DNA from: Octopus sinensis
Lineage: Eukaryota
Direction: 5' to 3'
NCBI RefSeq assembly: GCF_006345805.1
Contig: NC_043014.1
Location: 31,992,001-32,056,000, forward strand
DNA: 64,000 nt
The position numbers and the translations under genes are program-made. The notes under the pieces are model-generated. The model worked only from the letters and a program-made list of their open reading frames with translations. It was not told where the DNA came from and did not search any database. Positions within the stretch are counted from its first letter, which is position 1. Every line of letters starts with the position of its first letter. Positions 49,474 to 63,205 of this stretch are shown in pieces.

Positions 49474-49516
49474 GCCTCTGATGAGAATCCAATAAGGTTC
49501 GAAAATTGATTAAGGT
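49474..49516 (+). ncRNA. Type I HHR motif with intact core (family H9)
   Basis: GCCT-CTGATGA-GAA-TCC-AATAA-GG-TTC-GAAA-ATTGAT-TA-AGGT; G10.1-C11.1 pair; UUA triplet. Confidence 0.8.
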
Positions 49517-49827
49517 TGTTTATTATTGTTTTTTTTAGTCTGCGGAGAAATTGCTAAAATTTTCCTGGTTTATAATTATACCATATGTTACATGTATGTA
49601 TATATACATGCACACATCCTGTTCAAGGAGAATTTGATTTTTATTTTGATGCCTCTTTGTTTTCAAGAACAGCTTGCAGCTTGATATATTGGTGAACAGT
49701 CATGTGCGATATGGTGCAGTCATATGAAGATACATAGACATGACATTGCAGGTGGGTCTCAGTTAGAATTTTCTTTAGGTTGAGTGGGCCATTCTTCTCA
49801 AAAGGTCCCTGAATAAGGTTCTTTTAA

Positions 49828-50047
49828 CCCTTTAGCATCCAAATTATTCAGTCAAATGTAATATTTATTTATTAACATTGTTTTGAATTCATCATGCATT
49901 ATCTCATAGCTTTGAAATTCTGATGATGTGATTGTATATTTTTAGAATGACATTGTTGGACATGTGTAAGAGACTAGATCTGGCCAGTTTGAACATAAAA
50001 TGGGTAGAATATTTTGGTCAGATATGTTCTGTTTAAATGCTAAAGGG
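49828..50047. mobile_element. piggyBac-like MITE, intact
   Basis: TTAA|CCCTTTAGCAT ... ATGCTAAAGGG|TTAA; 220 bp. Confidence 0.85.
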
Positions 50048-50794
50048 TTAAGTGTGATGTTTCCAGAGGTGAATTTTTTAAACCCCAAAGAATTCCTCTC
50101 ACCAAAATTAGGTGAGGTGGCAGGATTGTTTGTTTGTATCACAAGAAATGTTCCGCTGTATTTCTCCTGGTTTTTATGTTCTGGGTTCAAATCTTCCTGC
50201 CTTTCATCCTTTTAGGGCTGATAAGATAAAGTGCTTGTCCAGTACCGGAGTCTGCAATACTGACCACTCTCCTCAGAACGGTTGGCATTGTGCCTAAACC
50301 AGAAACCATGCACACACACACACACATGAAAAAGAAAGACTCATTATCATTACCATCACCATCACCACTACCACCATCATCTTCTTCATGAAAACCAACA
50401 TTACATAACCAACGATCATTATCATAACCAACATCACCATTAACCCTAATAATTTCATGGTCCTATTTTTGACATTCACATAATGGTCCTACTTAAAACG
50501 TCAAATTGCATTGTTGCATTGTCATAAATGTCACATCGTATAATACATTAGAGTACTCTACATATATACAGACATACATACATTTATGGGTATATATATA
50601 ATATATAGTATTTATATTTGTACATGTATATATATATATATATATTATATTTGTACATGTATATATATTATATATATATATATATATACATGTACAAATA
50701 TAAATATACACAGATGCACACGCACAAGTACATATATGTATATGCAAATACACGTGAAAACACAGGTATATTTGTATTTAATTGCATATATTTA

Positions 50795-51010
50795 TCTTTC
50801 ATTCTTTTATCTGTTTCAGCCATTTGACTGCAGCCATGCTGGAGCCTTAGAGTGTTTTAGTCGTAGAAATCGACCCAGGATTTGTTCCTTGTAAGACTAG
50901 TACATATTCTATTGGTTCTCTTTTGCTGAATTGCTAAATTGCAGGGACATAAACTCACCAGCATCGGTTGTCAAGTGATGCAGGTGGACAAATACAGACA
51001 CAAAGACACA
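50795..51010 (-). mobile_element. SINE family A, 3' half
   Basis: Colinear with 7430-7640. Confidence 0.8.
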
Positions 51011-51079
51011 CATACATAAATACATATACATGTACATCATCATGATCTCATCGTTTAACATATATATATATATATATAT

Positions 51080-51124
<45 letters not shown>

Positions 51125-51129
<5 letters not shown>

Positions 51130-51600
51130 AGAATTCACAAAACAGCAAAAGACGAAGACAGGTGGTTGTAGACAACAAACAGATGTATTAGTTTAACGCT
51201 CAGGAAGTGAAAAAGTCTTTAACGTTTTGAGCCTATGCTCTTCCACAGAAAGGAACACAGAAAGAAACAAGGAGAGAAAATAAAGAATGTGTAGTGGCTA
51301 GTGATCTATCATGGCGAATGCTGGACAGAGGGGTCAAACAGGAGAGCTAGGAAGAAGGGGAGATGATAAAGTAGTGGTAATCCCAAAACGAAGGTGCTCA
51401 TGCATGTGTATAAGAGAGCATGTATGTGCATGTGGAAGAGAGTTGGTGACTTTGACGTGTGCATGTGTGTATGTGTAGGTGCATGGATGTGGGTCAGGGT
51501 AGTGGTCAGTGCTAGTGTGTACATGATGGTGTGATGTGATGTGGTGTGGTGTTGTGTGATATGGTGGTACATGGGGTAGTGGATTTAGAAGATAGAAAAT
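51125..51600 (-). mobile_element. Longer family H4 element with HHR-like motif at 51216-51253
   Basis: Minus strand: CCTTT-CTGTGGA-A-GAGC-ATAG-GCTC-AAAA-CG-TT-AAAGA; end shared with 26260-26445. Confidence 0.7.
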
Positions 51601-52829
51601 GAAAATGGCTGTCATTTATATATATACATATATATATACCTCTAACTTTGTTTACAGGAAATGTTTTGAATATGTGTATAAAAGCTCCAATTCTATTATG
51701 CTAGCTACAGCCTAATGATACCAACTGGGGATACCAGCTTTTTGGGGTTACACCAAATTGTGCCGATATAATGTATGATATATATAGTAATAATAATGAT
51801 AATAATAATAATAATCCTTGGATCGAATTTATAAAAATTTTAATGCTGCACATAGTAATGCATTAAAATATTTTAAAATTCCATCTAAGGATTATTATTA
51901 TTATTACTATATGTGTGTGTGCATGCAGTGTGTGTTGTGTGTGTGTGTGAGTGTTACCATGTCTTGAGTTCATGTGAATGTATGTAAGCAGCAATGGAAG
52001 AAGAAAATCAGCCAAATTCCTAAAACATTAAAACAGAATGTCTGCAGTGAGAACTATTCATAACGGTCGAGGGAAAATTATGTCAAGCACTCAAGAACTA
52101 CATATTTGCATATATATATATATATATATATTTTATGTGTACATATAAGTATGCATGCCTATTTGTCTATCTCTATATCTGTGAGTGTGTGTAATGTATT
52201 ATGAATATATATATATATATATTTATATCATTTATATCTGCAGATACAATGTATCTGTGTTACAGTGTCTACTTGCACCGAGTTTTATGGCAGCCTAAGC
52301 TTAACAAGCATCAAAGAAAATCAGAGAATGACTAGACATCTATATTCTCTGTCCTCCTGATAACATCCTTTCTCCTGCTTGCCTCTTCCTATTCTGTTGT
52401 ATGTTAATTTCACCTCATCTGAGACCAATATAATGTGCTTCCATCAACTCTTGTACTCCAGTAACTAGTCACTTCCATAATGGTGAATCTTTATAATCCA
52501 ATAATTTTTACAAATAAAAGTTACACATTTCTGATGATTGGACAATAAGTCTTGATTACGTAAGCTGTCCCCTTATCTTTTCGTAATGGTCAGTTGGGTT
52601 TTGAAAATTCTTGGTTCTTTATATTATCTCTTATTCTGATTTGGAGTTGGTGCCAATTAACACCAAGCAATTGCTCTACCCTTTCTAGAAAGGAAATGGG
52701 GATAATTTATTTCATAATATCAAGAAGTGATTTTGTATATTATTTGAACATAAATTCACTCATCTTACCCACCCCTGCCCATACATGTATTATATATATG
52801 TATTGTATATATGTGTGTGTATATATATA

Positions 52830-53020
52830 TAGGTGCAGAAGTGGCTCATTGGATTTTATCAAACTGTCTAGCCATGCTTCTTACATTCCACCGGCACAGG
52901 GCCAGTCAGGCGGCACTGGCATCAACCAAGCTCGTATGGTTCTTTTTATGTACCACTGGCGTGGGAGTGAGTCCTGTGGCACTGGCATCAACCCATGGTC
53001 TTCTTTGGTGCATTTTTACA
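52830..53020. repeat. Degenerate ~60-bp repeat (..ggcactggcatcaacc..ttttta.gt.cca..) x2-3
   Basis: gcactggcatcaacc at about 52912 and 52979. Confidence 0.55.
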
Positions 53021-53346
53021 TGCCATATATATATATATATATATATAATATAGATATATATAATATATATTAATATATATACATATTTATATAATATATA
53101 TATCTTTCTTACTTCTTTTCATCCCTTTGTAACCCATCTTCCTCTTTCCCCTTTTCTAATTGCATTTTACCATCCATTCCTCCCACTCCCTGCACCCACC
53201 ATTCATTCAGTATTCTGCTTTGTTATAACCAGAAATGGTTCTGATGAAAGTAGCATTAATTTGTTTAGGTTGTTCAATTTTTCTCACCTGATCAATAGAC
53301 TGATTGAGTAAGCCTATCAGTAATGACCATTATTTTAAACTTGTTT

Positions 53347-53401
<55 letters not shown>

Positions 53402-53609
53402 TAATAATAACAATAACAATAATAATAATAATAATAATAATAATATATATATATAATTTTTAAAAAGTGTGTTACTGTCTGGGAGATTCTTATAGTAGTA
53501 GAAAAGGAATTTTTAACTCCTCTTTCTAAATTCGGTATGTGGTGAAGCAATTAGCTGACCCCTAATTATAATTATGCTTATAATATAGAATATATATATA
53601 TATATGAAT

Positions 53610-53730
53610 AAATGAAAAGAATGGAGTTGAATGAAGATTTTTAAAAAATTCCTTTACTTTCGACACATGTTTCGAAGACTGCATATTCTTAATTCCGAAG
53701 GAATAAAGTGTGCATTATGCCATCTTCTTT
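53610..53730 (-). mobile_element. Family H1 second copy lacking the CUGAUGA box
   Basis: Colinear with 288-400; retains GAAGA..TCTTC-GAAA-CATGTG-TC-GAAAG. Confidence 0.7.
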
Positions 53731-53748
53731 TCTCTATATATATGCATG

Positions 53749-53802
<54 letters not shown>

Positions 53803-54544
53803 TATATGCATTATATATACATATATGTACATATTTTTTTATATGTATATATTATATATATGCATATATGGGTACAGGACGTCACAAAATGTAAACAACA
53901 TGAAACTGCGAAGAGAAACTATTTTTTGCAAACAACGAGAGAAACAAATGGAAAACAAGACAAGTAACAAAAAGAATGGCCCTTCATCAGTTGTTGGCCA
54001 GATGAGGTAAGGTAGTGAAAGTGGAGGAATATTGTCTTTGACAAGAGAAAGGATAGGAGAGGAGACAGATAAGAATGTTCTGGTCTGTGCTGACAGACTG
54101 AACGAAAAGAAAGATGATCATATGATGAGAGAAAAATGGCGAAAGGGAGAAAAAAAGAATTAGAGAAAAATTGAAAGGGGTAGAAGAGGAGAAAAACGAA
54201 TTAGAGAAGGAAGAGGAAGAAAACGAAAGGGGGAGAGAGAGAACAGTAGAGGATAACACATAGATACAAATGAACACACACCATACACACACACCTGTCC
54301 TATGTCTCTATTTATCCATCTACCTGCCTGCCTATCTATCCGATTATGTGTCTCTTCATTCAGTCTCTAAATCTGTCTATCCTCCTATACACAAACCACT
54401 CAACCTTGTTTTTCTGCCTGCCTATCTGTCTGACTATCTCTATGTCTATCTATCAGTCTGTCTGTCTGGCAAACAGTCTTCCTATCTATCTATACACCTG
54501 CCTATATAAAATTATCCAAGATGTCTATATAAAATTATCCAAGA

Positions 54545-54773
54545 TGGCAAGCTGGCAGAAACATTAGCACGCCAGGCGAAATGCTTAGCGGTGTGTCGTC
54601 GGCCATAACGTTCTGAGTTCAAATTCCGCTGAGGTCGACTTAGCCTTTCATCTTTTCGGGGTCAATTAAATAAGTACCAGTTACGCACTGTGGTCGTTGT
54701 AATCAACTTAATCCGTTTGTCTGTCCTTGTTTGTCCCCTCTATGTTTAGCCCCTTGTGGGCAGTAAAGATATA
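54545..54773 (+). mobile_element. SINE family B, full-length (duplicate at 60519-60748)
   Basis: ggcaagctggcagaaacattagcacgcc..gagttcaaattcc..gggcagtaaagat. Confidence 0.9.
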
Positions 54774-54924
54774 AGATGGTCTTCCTTTCTTTCATGTATT
54801 ACTGCTTTCTTTCTTCAACTGTTTATTTCCTTGCTTTCTTTTTATTTAGCTATAAGTGATAATTTCTCCCAGATGAATATCCAAATTATTCCTATTCCAA
54901 TTTCCATTCCTGTCCCTCCCTCAG

Positions 54925-55210
54925 GGAGTAAAGACCCTTCAGTCATGAATGACTATGCAATTGCACCTAGAAAGTTACCCTTAAGGCAAGGTTGTTTATG
55001 AAAGACTAGCAGTTGCTCATGCATACCAGTCTCCCCTCTCCATGCCACCAATGTTATCCAAGGGAAAGGTAAAGGCTGATACAGCTTGGTACCAGTGATA
55101 TTACAACTCATTTCTACAGCTGAGTGAACTGGGGCAACATGAAATAAAGTGTCTTGCTCAAGAACACAACACAGCCTGGTCTGGGAATCAAACTCACTAT
55201 GTCATGATTG
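54925..55210 (-). mobile_element. SINE family C variant (duplicate at about 60900-61185)
   Basis: Reverse complement of the 28485-28820 family. Confidence 0.75.
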
Positions 55211-55489
55211 TGAGCATCTCCTTCAAGAAAAACACCAAATATTTTCAAGTATCTCTCAGCTTCATACACAGTGGAAGAGGAACACAATGTGTGAAAACAA
55301 CCCCGAATGACCTTATTATTTAACCCTTACATAATTTCATAGACCAAGTTGTGACCGTAAGAGATATATTATCTACTGAGTGTATTACTTCACCACAGGT
55401 ACTGAGTGCTTGCATATCATAAATAAGGTAAAATATAGTTCTGTGTTTTATATATATAATATATATAACTATATAGATATATATATATA

Positions 55490-56625
55490 TTCTTCGAAGT
55501 ATACGTCTCGCTTTTATCCTTCGAAAGTTTAGTAGATGAAAATCTTAGCGACACTGAGAAGGGGATTTTTCGTTGTGCTTATTGTCCGTATCTCTCCCTT
55601 TTTTGCTTGTCTTGTTCCTTGGTGTGGTATTGTGTTTCGTCTCTCTATGTGTTCGACGTCTTTTGGTGTCCTGTACACATATATGCGTGTATATGTACAT
55701 GTAGAGGTAGGTACGTACATATATGTTTATATATATGCATATATTCTATTTTATTAACATATTATACGATTAAACGCACGCACCCTACTAAGTAAGATTG
55801 TTCTGTTTACAAGTTAGCCTTGATATTAACTGCACGCGACTCTGCATCTTTCTTTCTTTTCTCTCCCATTCCTGTTTCGTTCTTTTTTTTTCCTTCACTT
55901 AACTTGTCTCTTCTCTCTCTCTCATTCTTCATCTCTCTCTCCCTTGCACCATTCTTCATGGTCTCCTCGCACCATTCCCTTCTTTCTCTCTCTTCCTCTT
56001 GCTCCTCCTCCCCCATCCCGTCATCCATCTGCGACGATACGTCCGTAGTGACTGTGTCCTGTCCTTTCTCGCCCGCCTCGCAAGGCTTTTGGTTGACAAA
56101 TTTCCCTCTCTGTCTTCCACGAAATCCAGCGTTTACAATACTTTTTCGTCTGGCGTTAACAGCCCTTCTTATATTGTTCTCCTTGTCTTGCTCTCACTGT
56201 GATATATATTTTTCCACTGTTTATATATATATTTTTTACTCTGTTATATGTTTGTACTGTCGTTACAGTCGTCTGCTTTTTTTTACCCCTTGCGAAAAGA
56301 TCTCAGAATTTTAATTGATTTGCTTTCGCGGAAGGAATTTTTCTTCGAAGTAACGTCCGCTTTTATCCTTCGAAACGTGTAGTAGAGGAAATCTTAGCGA
56401 CTGAAGAAGGGGATTTTTGCGTTGTGCTTATTGTCCTGTATCCTCCCCTTTTTTGTGGTGTCTGTCCTTGGGGGTGTCTATGTGTTTCGTCTTCTATGTG
56501 TTCGACGTCTTTTTGGGTCTGTACACATTATGCGTGTATATGTACATGTAGAGGTAGGTAGTACATATGTGTATATATATGCAGATATTCTATTTATTAA
56601 ATATATATATATATATAATTATAAT
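55490..56625. mobile_element. Element with ~270-bp direct terminal repeats, probably PLE-derived (duplicate at 61464-62598)
   Basis: 55490-55760 is similar to 56340-56600; ends resemble 59835-59999 and the reverse of 53865-54010. Confidence 0.6.
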
Positions 56626-56656
56626 ATATAATTTATATATATATATATATACATAC

Positions 56657-56925
56657 AGAAGGCACATGGCCTAGTGGTTAGGCTGCTGCACTCACGATGC
56701 TGGATTGTGGGTTCAGTTCCCAGACTGGGTGGTGCATTGTGTTCTTGACTTAAACATTTCATCTCACATTGCTCCAGTGCCCCTTTGATTGTGTGTGTGT
56801 GGGGGGATTATTGGCCTGCTTGCCAAAGCAGTGAGGTGGCATCAATTGAAAGCTAAAACAATGCAAAAGCGCATTGTGACCAGTGATGTGTAACAACTCT
56901 GACAGCCTGGCCGGTCACATGATCA
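56657..56925 (+). mobile_element. SINE family C variant (duplicate at about 62634-62900)
   Basis: aggcacatggcctagtggttagg..gggttcagttccc head. Confidence 0.75.
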
Positions 56926-57088
56926 CATGATGTGTATGATATACATACATGCATGCATACACACACACACACACATTTTAAATAAAGATGTATTATTACT
57001 GTTATTAATGATATTAATAAGGTAATAATAAGGTGGCTAGCCTTGGCTCTGATTTTAGCAAGTGGTTTTATATACCCTACTGAATCTA

Positions 57089-57142
<54 letters not shown>

Positions 57143-57204
57143 GTAATAGCATTTATAAGACTAGTCAAATAACTTTCATGTTGCAATATCATCATTGGCA
57201 TCAT

Positions 57205-57235
<31 letters not shown>

Positions 57236-57949
57236 AGCAGCATCATTATCATTGTCATTGTTGTTGTTGTCTTCATTCATCATCATCATGTACATAGATA
57301 AAACACAAAGTTTAAATAGGTGGCATGTATGGAAATAGAAGCCTGCAGCCATCAATAGATCCTTGGTGAAGCAATCACACGTGCACATCTGTTCAGTACA
57401 CACTCACAAGCTCACACACATTGAGGTCTGTTTGTATATTTGTTTCATCATCATCACCAATCAACATCATCATCATCATCACCATCACCATCGTCGTGCG
57501 TCGTAATCATCATCATCATCATCATCGTATATATGTGTGTGTGTATATGTATATATACATATATATGTATGTATGCATTTATATACATACACCACACATA
57601 TATACATATACATGTATATGTTGATTATATATATAGATGTATAGATGTATATATATATATATATATACACACTTATATATATATATATGTACATAAACAC
57701 ACAATACCATACAATGGATCAAACACATGTATAAATACATACATATATACACGTGTGTGTGTGTGTACACATGCACATGTGTGTGTATACATATATTCAT
57801 ACATACATACATACATACACACACACACATACATACTATATTTGTTTTAAAGTGTGTTTAATGGAGTTTCTGCAGTAATTTAACCATTGTGGTTTTATAA
57901 TTGATTAGATTGGCAGTTGAAATATTTACAAGAAAAACAACAACAACAA

Positions 57950-58320
57950 CAACAACAGCAGCAACAACGATATTAGTTTCAACTGCTGTAGTTACAAGAG
58001 CCATTGCTTCAACAACAACAACAACAACAAAAACAGCAACAACAACAGCAACAATAGTAGTAGTAGTTGTAGCACAATAACAGTGATAATGATACTAAAT
58101 ATAATTGGAAGTCAGATGTTTATTACAGCAACAGCAACGAGAACAATATCAATTATAACAACAATGACAACAATTCAAATTGCCACAGCTGCAGCAACAA
58201 CAACAACGACAACAACATGAACAGCAACATCAGCATCAAGAAGTAAAAACAACCACAGTTTGAGCATCAATAATAGATGCCATAGCAAGCAACAACAGTG
58301 ATCACAGCAAAGCAATGCTT
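57950..58320. repeat. (CAA/CAG)n low-complexity block
   Basis: Direct inspection. Confidence 0.85.
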
Positions 58321-58504
58321 TTCAGATCTGTGTTTTCTTAATGGTGTTATACAAGAGTCTTGTCTTAATACCCAACTTTGTAGCAGCTAAATCAGTCTTA
58401 AACTTACAAACATACATAAACTTTTACATATATGGCATCCTTTTTGTCTCAGGAGACAATGGAGTTGCGCATAAGTAGACTAGTCCGGCTTTTACATTCA
58501 TGGC

Positions 58505-58640
58505 CTGATACATTCTGCTGTGGCTGTGTGTAGTCCATCCTGGACAAACACTCCTATGGCATGTACCGCAAATGTAGCGAAGACCGTTCCTGGCTGGTTG
58601 TAATGCCATAGTTTCTTGTTGACGTCTTTTCTTGTCTTTC
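58505..58640 (-). pseudogene. Probable RTE-type LINE ORF2 extreme C-terminus
   Basis: KKRRQQ..YICGTCHRSVCPGWTTHSHSR resembles the RTE C-terminal CxxCxRxCxSRIGLxSHxR motif. Confidence 0.5.
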
Positions 58641-58805
58641 CATTTCTCCTCTCTCTCTCTGTCACTCCTTTGTATTCCCTCTCTTACGGTACATATATAT
58701 ATACATCCATATATGAACATACGTAGGTTCATATATAAATATTTCCTCTCTACTATTTTTTCTTCCAGTATTTTTGTTTATTCATATTTCTTTTTGTATC
58801 AATCA

Positions 58806-59316
58806 CTAGCAGTATCGCCCGGTGTTGGTAGGGTTTGTAAGGGAAATAACTAATAAGCATTTTTAGAGAGTATCTTCCCTATAGATGCCAATTCGGGCTT
58901 TCTTAGCCATTCTTGTTTTGGTGTGTCTTCAAGCCATGAAGTCGTTCTAAAAGAACGCTAGTCTCTTGACAACGCTTTACGACGTTGATTTCCTTACACT
59001 CCCTTCCCCACAGCTTCACGATGGGGGGAGGGAACAGGGGGAAAGCAAACAGGTGCAGGTGTGACCATGGACGCCAACTCTGCCGCATCGACACACGAAA
59101 AGTATGCATTAAAATGGATAAAAAATGATGTTAAATTATTTTTAAAATTGTAGACTCATCGTAGATGCGCGCTAATACTCAGACAGCTCGATATTGAATC
59201 ACGACTATAAGATACCCGAATTTGGTTAAACTGCACCGCAAAATGTGGTGGAGTTGTTAGGAATCTAAATCGAAGGAGACAGACACTCACACCAACTACA
59301 GTTTTATATATATAGA
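58806..59316 (-). mobile_element. Non-autonomous Helitron
   Basis: Minus strand: A|TCTATATATATAAAAC ... degenerate GC hairpin (ccctaccaacaccgggcg) ... CTAG|T; no TSD. Confidence 0.8.
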
Positions 59317-59654
59317 TATAGTATGTATTCTTCAATGCATAATAAACAATGCTAGATTTTTTCTTCTTCGTTTAAACATTTCAATTGGTGATGAAATTAA
59401 AGGTATTTATTTTATTAAATATCTATTACAGAAAACACATGACAACAGTTATGAAATAAATCCTTGAAATTATTGTATTATACTATTACTCTATGGATCT
59501 CTTCTAATGATTTGAACTGATTAACAGTAAGTAAAAAAAAAGTTTTTCGTAATTCACATCATCTCTATATTGAGTTATAGTTATGGTTAATTGTTTTGCC
59601 TTTAAGCCATATAAAGTTAAGTGATATATATATATATATATATATATAATGGAT

Positions 59655-59810
59655 ATGAGGTAAAAATTTTGCTTCCCATCACATGGTTCCAGGTTCAGTC
59701 CCACTGAATGGCACCTTGAGCAAGTGTTTCTACTGCAGTCTTGTGTAGAAGACAAGCCTTGTGAGTGGATTTGGTAGATGGAAACTAAAAAGAAGCCTGT
59801 CTATACACAC
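59655..59810 (+). mobile_element. SINE family A, 5' part
   Basis: catggttccaggttcagtcccactg..gtgagtggatttggtagatggaaact. Confidence 0.75.
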
Positions 59811-59999
59811 GTCACCAAACAGGCATATATCATTATATATACCTTCGAAATGCGAGTAGATAAAACAGGGGAAACTGATGAAGGGAATGTTCTTTATGTT
59901 GCATGTCTCATTCCTCTATTTGTTTGTTGTTCTTGTTGTTCCCCAAAACGTTCGCCTTCTATGTTTTTATTTTTATGTTCTCATTTCTCTTTTGTCTAT

Positions 60000-60099
60000 N
60001 NNNNNNNNNNNNNNNNNNNNNNNNNNNNNNNNNNNNNNNNNNNNNNNNNNNNNNNNNNNNNNNNNNNNNNNNNNNNNNNNNNNNNNNNNNNNNNNNNNN
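60000..60099. other. Assembly gap (100 N)
   Basis: Direct count. Confidence 1.
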
Positions 60100-63070
60100 A
60101 AGGCGAAAGGGAGAAAAAAAGAATTAGAGAAAGGATGAGAGAGAAAAATTGAAAGGGGGGTAGAAGAGGAGAAAAACGAATTAGAGAAGGAAGAGGAGAA
60201 AAACGAAAGGGGGAGAGAGAGAACAGTAGGAGGTAACACATAGATACAAATGAACAACACCCATACACACACACCTGTCCTATGTCTCTATTATCCATCT
60301 ACCTGCCTGCCTATCTATCGATTATGTGTCTCTTCATTCAGTCTCTAAATGTCTATCCTCTATACACAAACCATCAAACCTTGTTTTCGGCCTTCCTATC
60401 TGTCTGACTATCTCTATGTCTATCTATCAGTCTGTCTGTCTGGCAAACAGTCTTCCTATCTATCTATACACCTGCCTATATAAAATTATCCAAGATGTCT
60501 ATATAAAATTATCCAAGATGGCAAGCTGGCAGAAACATTAGCACGCCAGGCGAAATGCTTAGCGGTGTGTCGTCGGCCATAACGTTCTGAGTTCAAATTC
60601 CGCTGAGGTCGACTTAGCCTTTCATCTTTTCGGGGTCAATTAAATAAGTACCAGTTACGCACTGTGGTCGTTGTAATCAACTTAATCCGTTTGTCTGTCC
60701 TTGTTTGTCCCCTCTATGTTTAGCCCCTTGTGGGCAGTAAAGATATAAGATGGTCTTCCTTTCTTTCATGTATTACTGCTTTCTTTCTTCAACTGTTTAT
60801 TTCCTTGCTTTCTTTTTATTAGCTTAGAGTGATAATTTCTCCCAGATGAATATCCAATTATTCAGTATTCCAATTCCATTCCTGTCCCTCCCTCAGGGAG
60901 TAAAGACCCCTTCAGTCATGAATGACTATGCAATTGCACCTAGAAAGTTACCCTTAAGGCAAGGTTGTTTATGAAAGACTAGCAGTTGCTCATGCATACC
61001 AGTCTCCCCTCTCCATGCCACCAATGTTATCCAAGGGAAAGGTAAAGGCTGATACAGCTTGGTACCAGTGATATTACAACTCATTTCTACAGCTGAGTGA
61101 ACTGGGGCAACATGAAATAAAGTGTCTTGCTCAAGAACACAACACAGCCTGGTCTGGGAATCAAACTCACTATGTCATGATTGTGAGCATCTCCTTCAAG
61201 AAAAACACCAAATATTTTCAAGTATCTCTCAGCTTCATACACAGTGGGAAGGGAACATCAAGTGTGAAAAACAACCCCGAATGACCTTATTATTTAACCC
61301 TTACATAATTTCATAGACCAAGTTGTGACCGTAAGAGATATATTATCTACTGAGTGTATTACTTCACCACAGGTACTGAGTGCTTGCATATCATAAATAA
61401 GGTAAAATATAGTTCTGTGTTTTATATATATAATATATATAACTATATAGATATATATATATATTCTTCGAAGTATACGTCTCGCTTTTATCCTTCGAAA
61501 GTTTAGTAGATGAAAATCTTAGCGACACTGAGAAGGGGATTTTTCGTTGTGCTTATTGTCCGTATCTCTCCCTTTTTTGCTTGTCTTGTTCCTTGGTGTG
61601 GTATTGTGTTTCGTCTCTCTATGTGTTCGACGTCTTTTGGTGTCCTGTACACATATATGCGTGTATATGTACATGTAGAGGTAGGTACGTACATATATGT
61701 TTATATATATGCATATATTCTATTTTATTAACATATTATACGATTAAACGCACGCACCCTACTAAGTAAGATTGTTCTGTTTACAAGTTAGCCTTGATAT
61801 TAACTGCACGCGACTCTGCATCTTTCTTTCTTTTCTCTCCCATTCCTGTTTCGTTCTTTTTTTTTCCTTCACTTAACTTGTCTCTTCTCTCTCTCTCATT
61901 CTTCATCTCTCTCTCCCTTGCACCATTCTTCATGGTCTCCTCGCACCATTCCCTTCTTTCTCTCTCTTCCTCTTGCTCCTCCTCCCCCATCCCGTCATCC
62001 ATCTGCGACGATACGTCCGTAGTGACTGTGTCCTGTCCTTTCTCGCCCGCCTCGCAAGGCTTTTGGTTGACAAATTTCCCTCTCTGTCTTCCACGAAATC
62101 CAGCGTTTACAATACTTTTTCGTCTGGCGTTAACAGCCCTTCTTATATTGTTCTCCTTGTCTTGCTCTCACTGTGATATATATTTTTCCACTGTTTATAT
62201 ATATATTTTTTACTCTGTTATATGTTTGTACTGTCGTTACAGTCGTCTGCTTTTTTTTACCCCTTGCGAAAAGATCTCAGAATTTTAATTGATTTGCTTT
62301 CGCGGAAGGAATTTTTCTTCGAAGTAACGTCCGCTTTTATCCTTCGAAACGTGTAGTAGAGGAAATCTTAGCGACTGAAGAAGGGGATTTTTGCGTTGTG
62401 CTTATTGTCCTGTATCCTCCCCTTTTTTGTGGTGTCTGTCCTTGGGGGTGTCTATGTGTTTCGTCTTCTATGTGTTCGACGTCTTTTTGGGTCTGTACAC
62501 ATTATGCGTGTATATGTACATGTAGAGGTAGGTAGTACATATGTGTATATATATGCAGATATTCTATTTATTAAATATATATATATATATAATTATAATA
62601 TATAATTTATATATATATATATATACATACAGAAGGCACATGGCCTAGTGGTTAGGCTGCTGCACTCACGATGCTGGATTGTGGGTTCAGTTTCCGACTG
62701 GTGGTGCATTGTGTCTTGACCTAAACATTTCATCTCACATTGCTCCAGTGCCCCTTTGATTGTGTGTGTGGGGGGATTATTGGCCTGCTTGCCAAAGCAG
62801 TGAGGTGGCATCAATTGAAAGCTAAAACAATGCAAAAGCGCATTGTGACTAGCGATGTGTAACAACTCTGACAGTCTGGCCGGTCACATGATCACATGAT
62901 GTGTATGATATACATACATACATGCATGCATACACACACACACACACATTTTAAATAAAGATGTATTATAACTGTTATTAATGATATTAATAAGGTAATA
63001 ATAAGGTGGCTAGCCTTGGCTCTGATTTTAGCAAGTGGTATTATATACCCTACTGAATCTAAATTTAATA

Positions 63071-63115
<45 letters not shown>

Positions 63116-63173
63116 GAGGAAATAGCATTTATAAGACTAGTCAGATAACTTTAAGTTGCAATATCATCATTGG

Positions 63174-63205
<32 letters not shown>

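Noticed and set aside
49673-49754. Exon-like segment with good splice sites (..ttttcaag| ... GCAG|gtgggt)
   Set aside because: Stops occur in all three frames; it cannot be distinguished from chance without RNA data.
52594-53073. 159-aa plus-strand ORF
   Set aside because: It spans a (TA)/(GT) tract and a degenerate ~60-bp repeat, with no protein-like coherence.
55820-56314. 164-aa ORF present twice (also 61794-62288)
   Set aside because: It is the low-complexity CT-rich interior of a repeat, and its recurrence is due to the gap-adjacent duplication.
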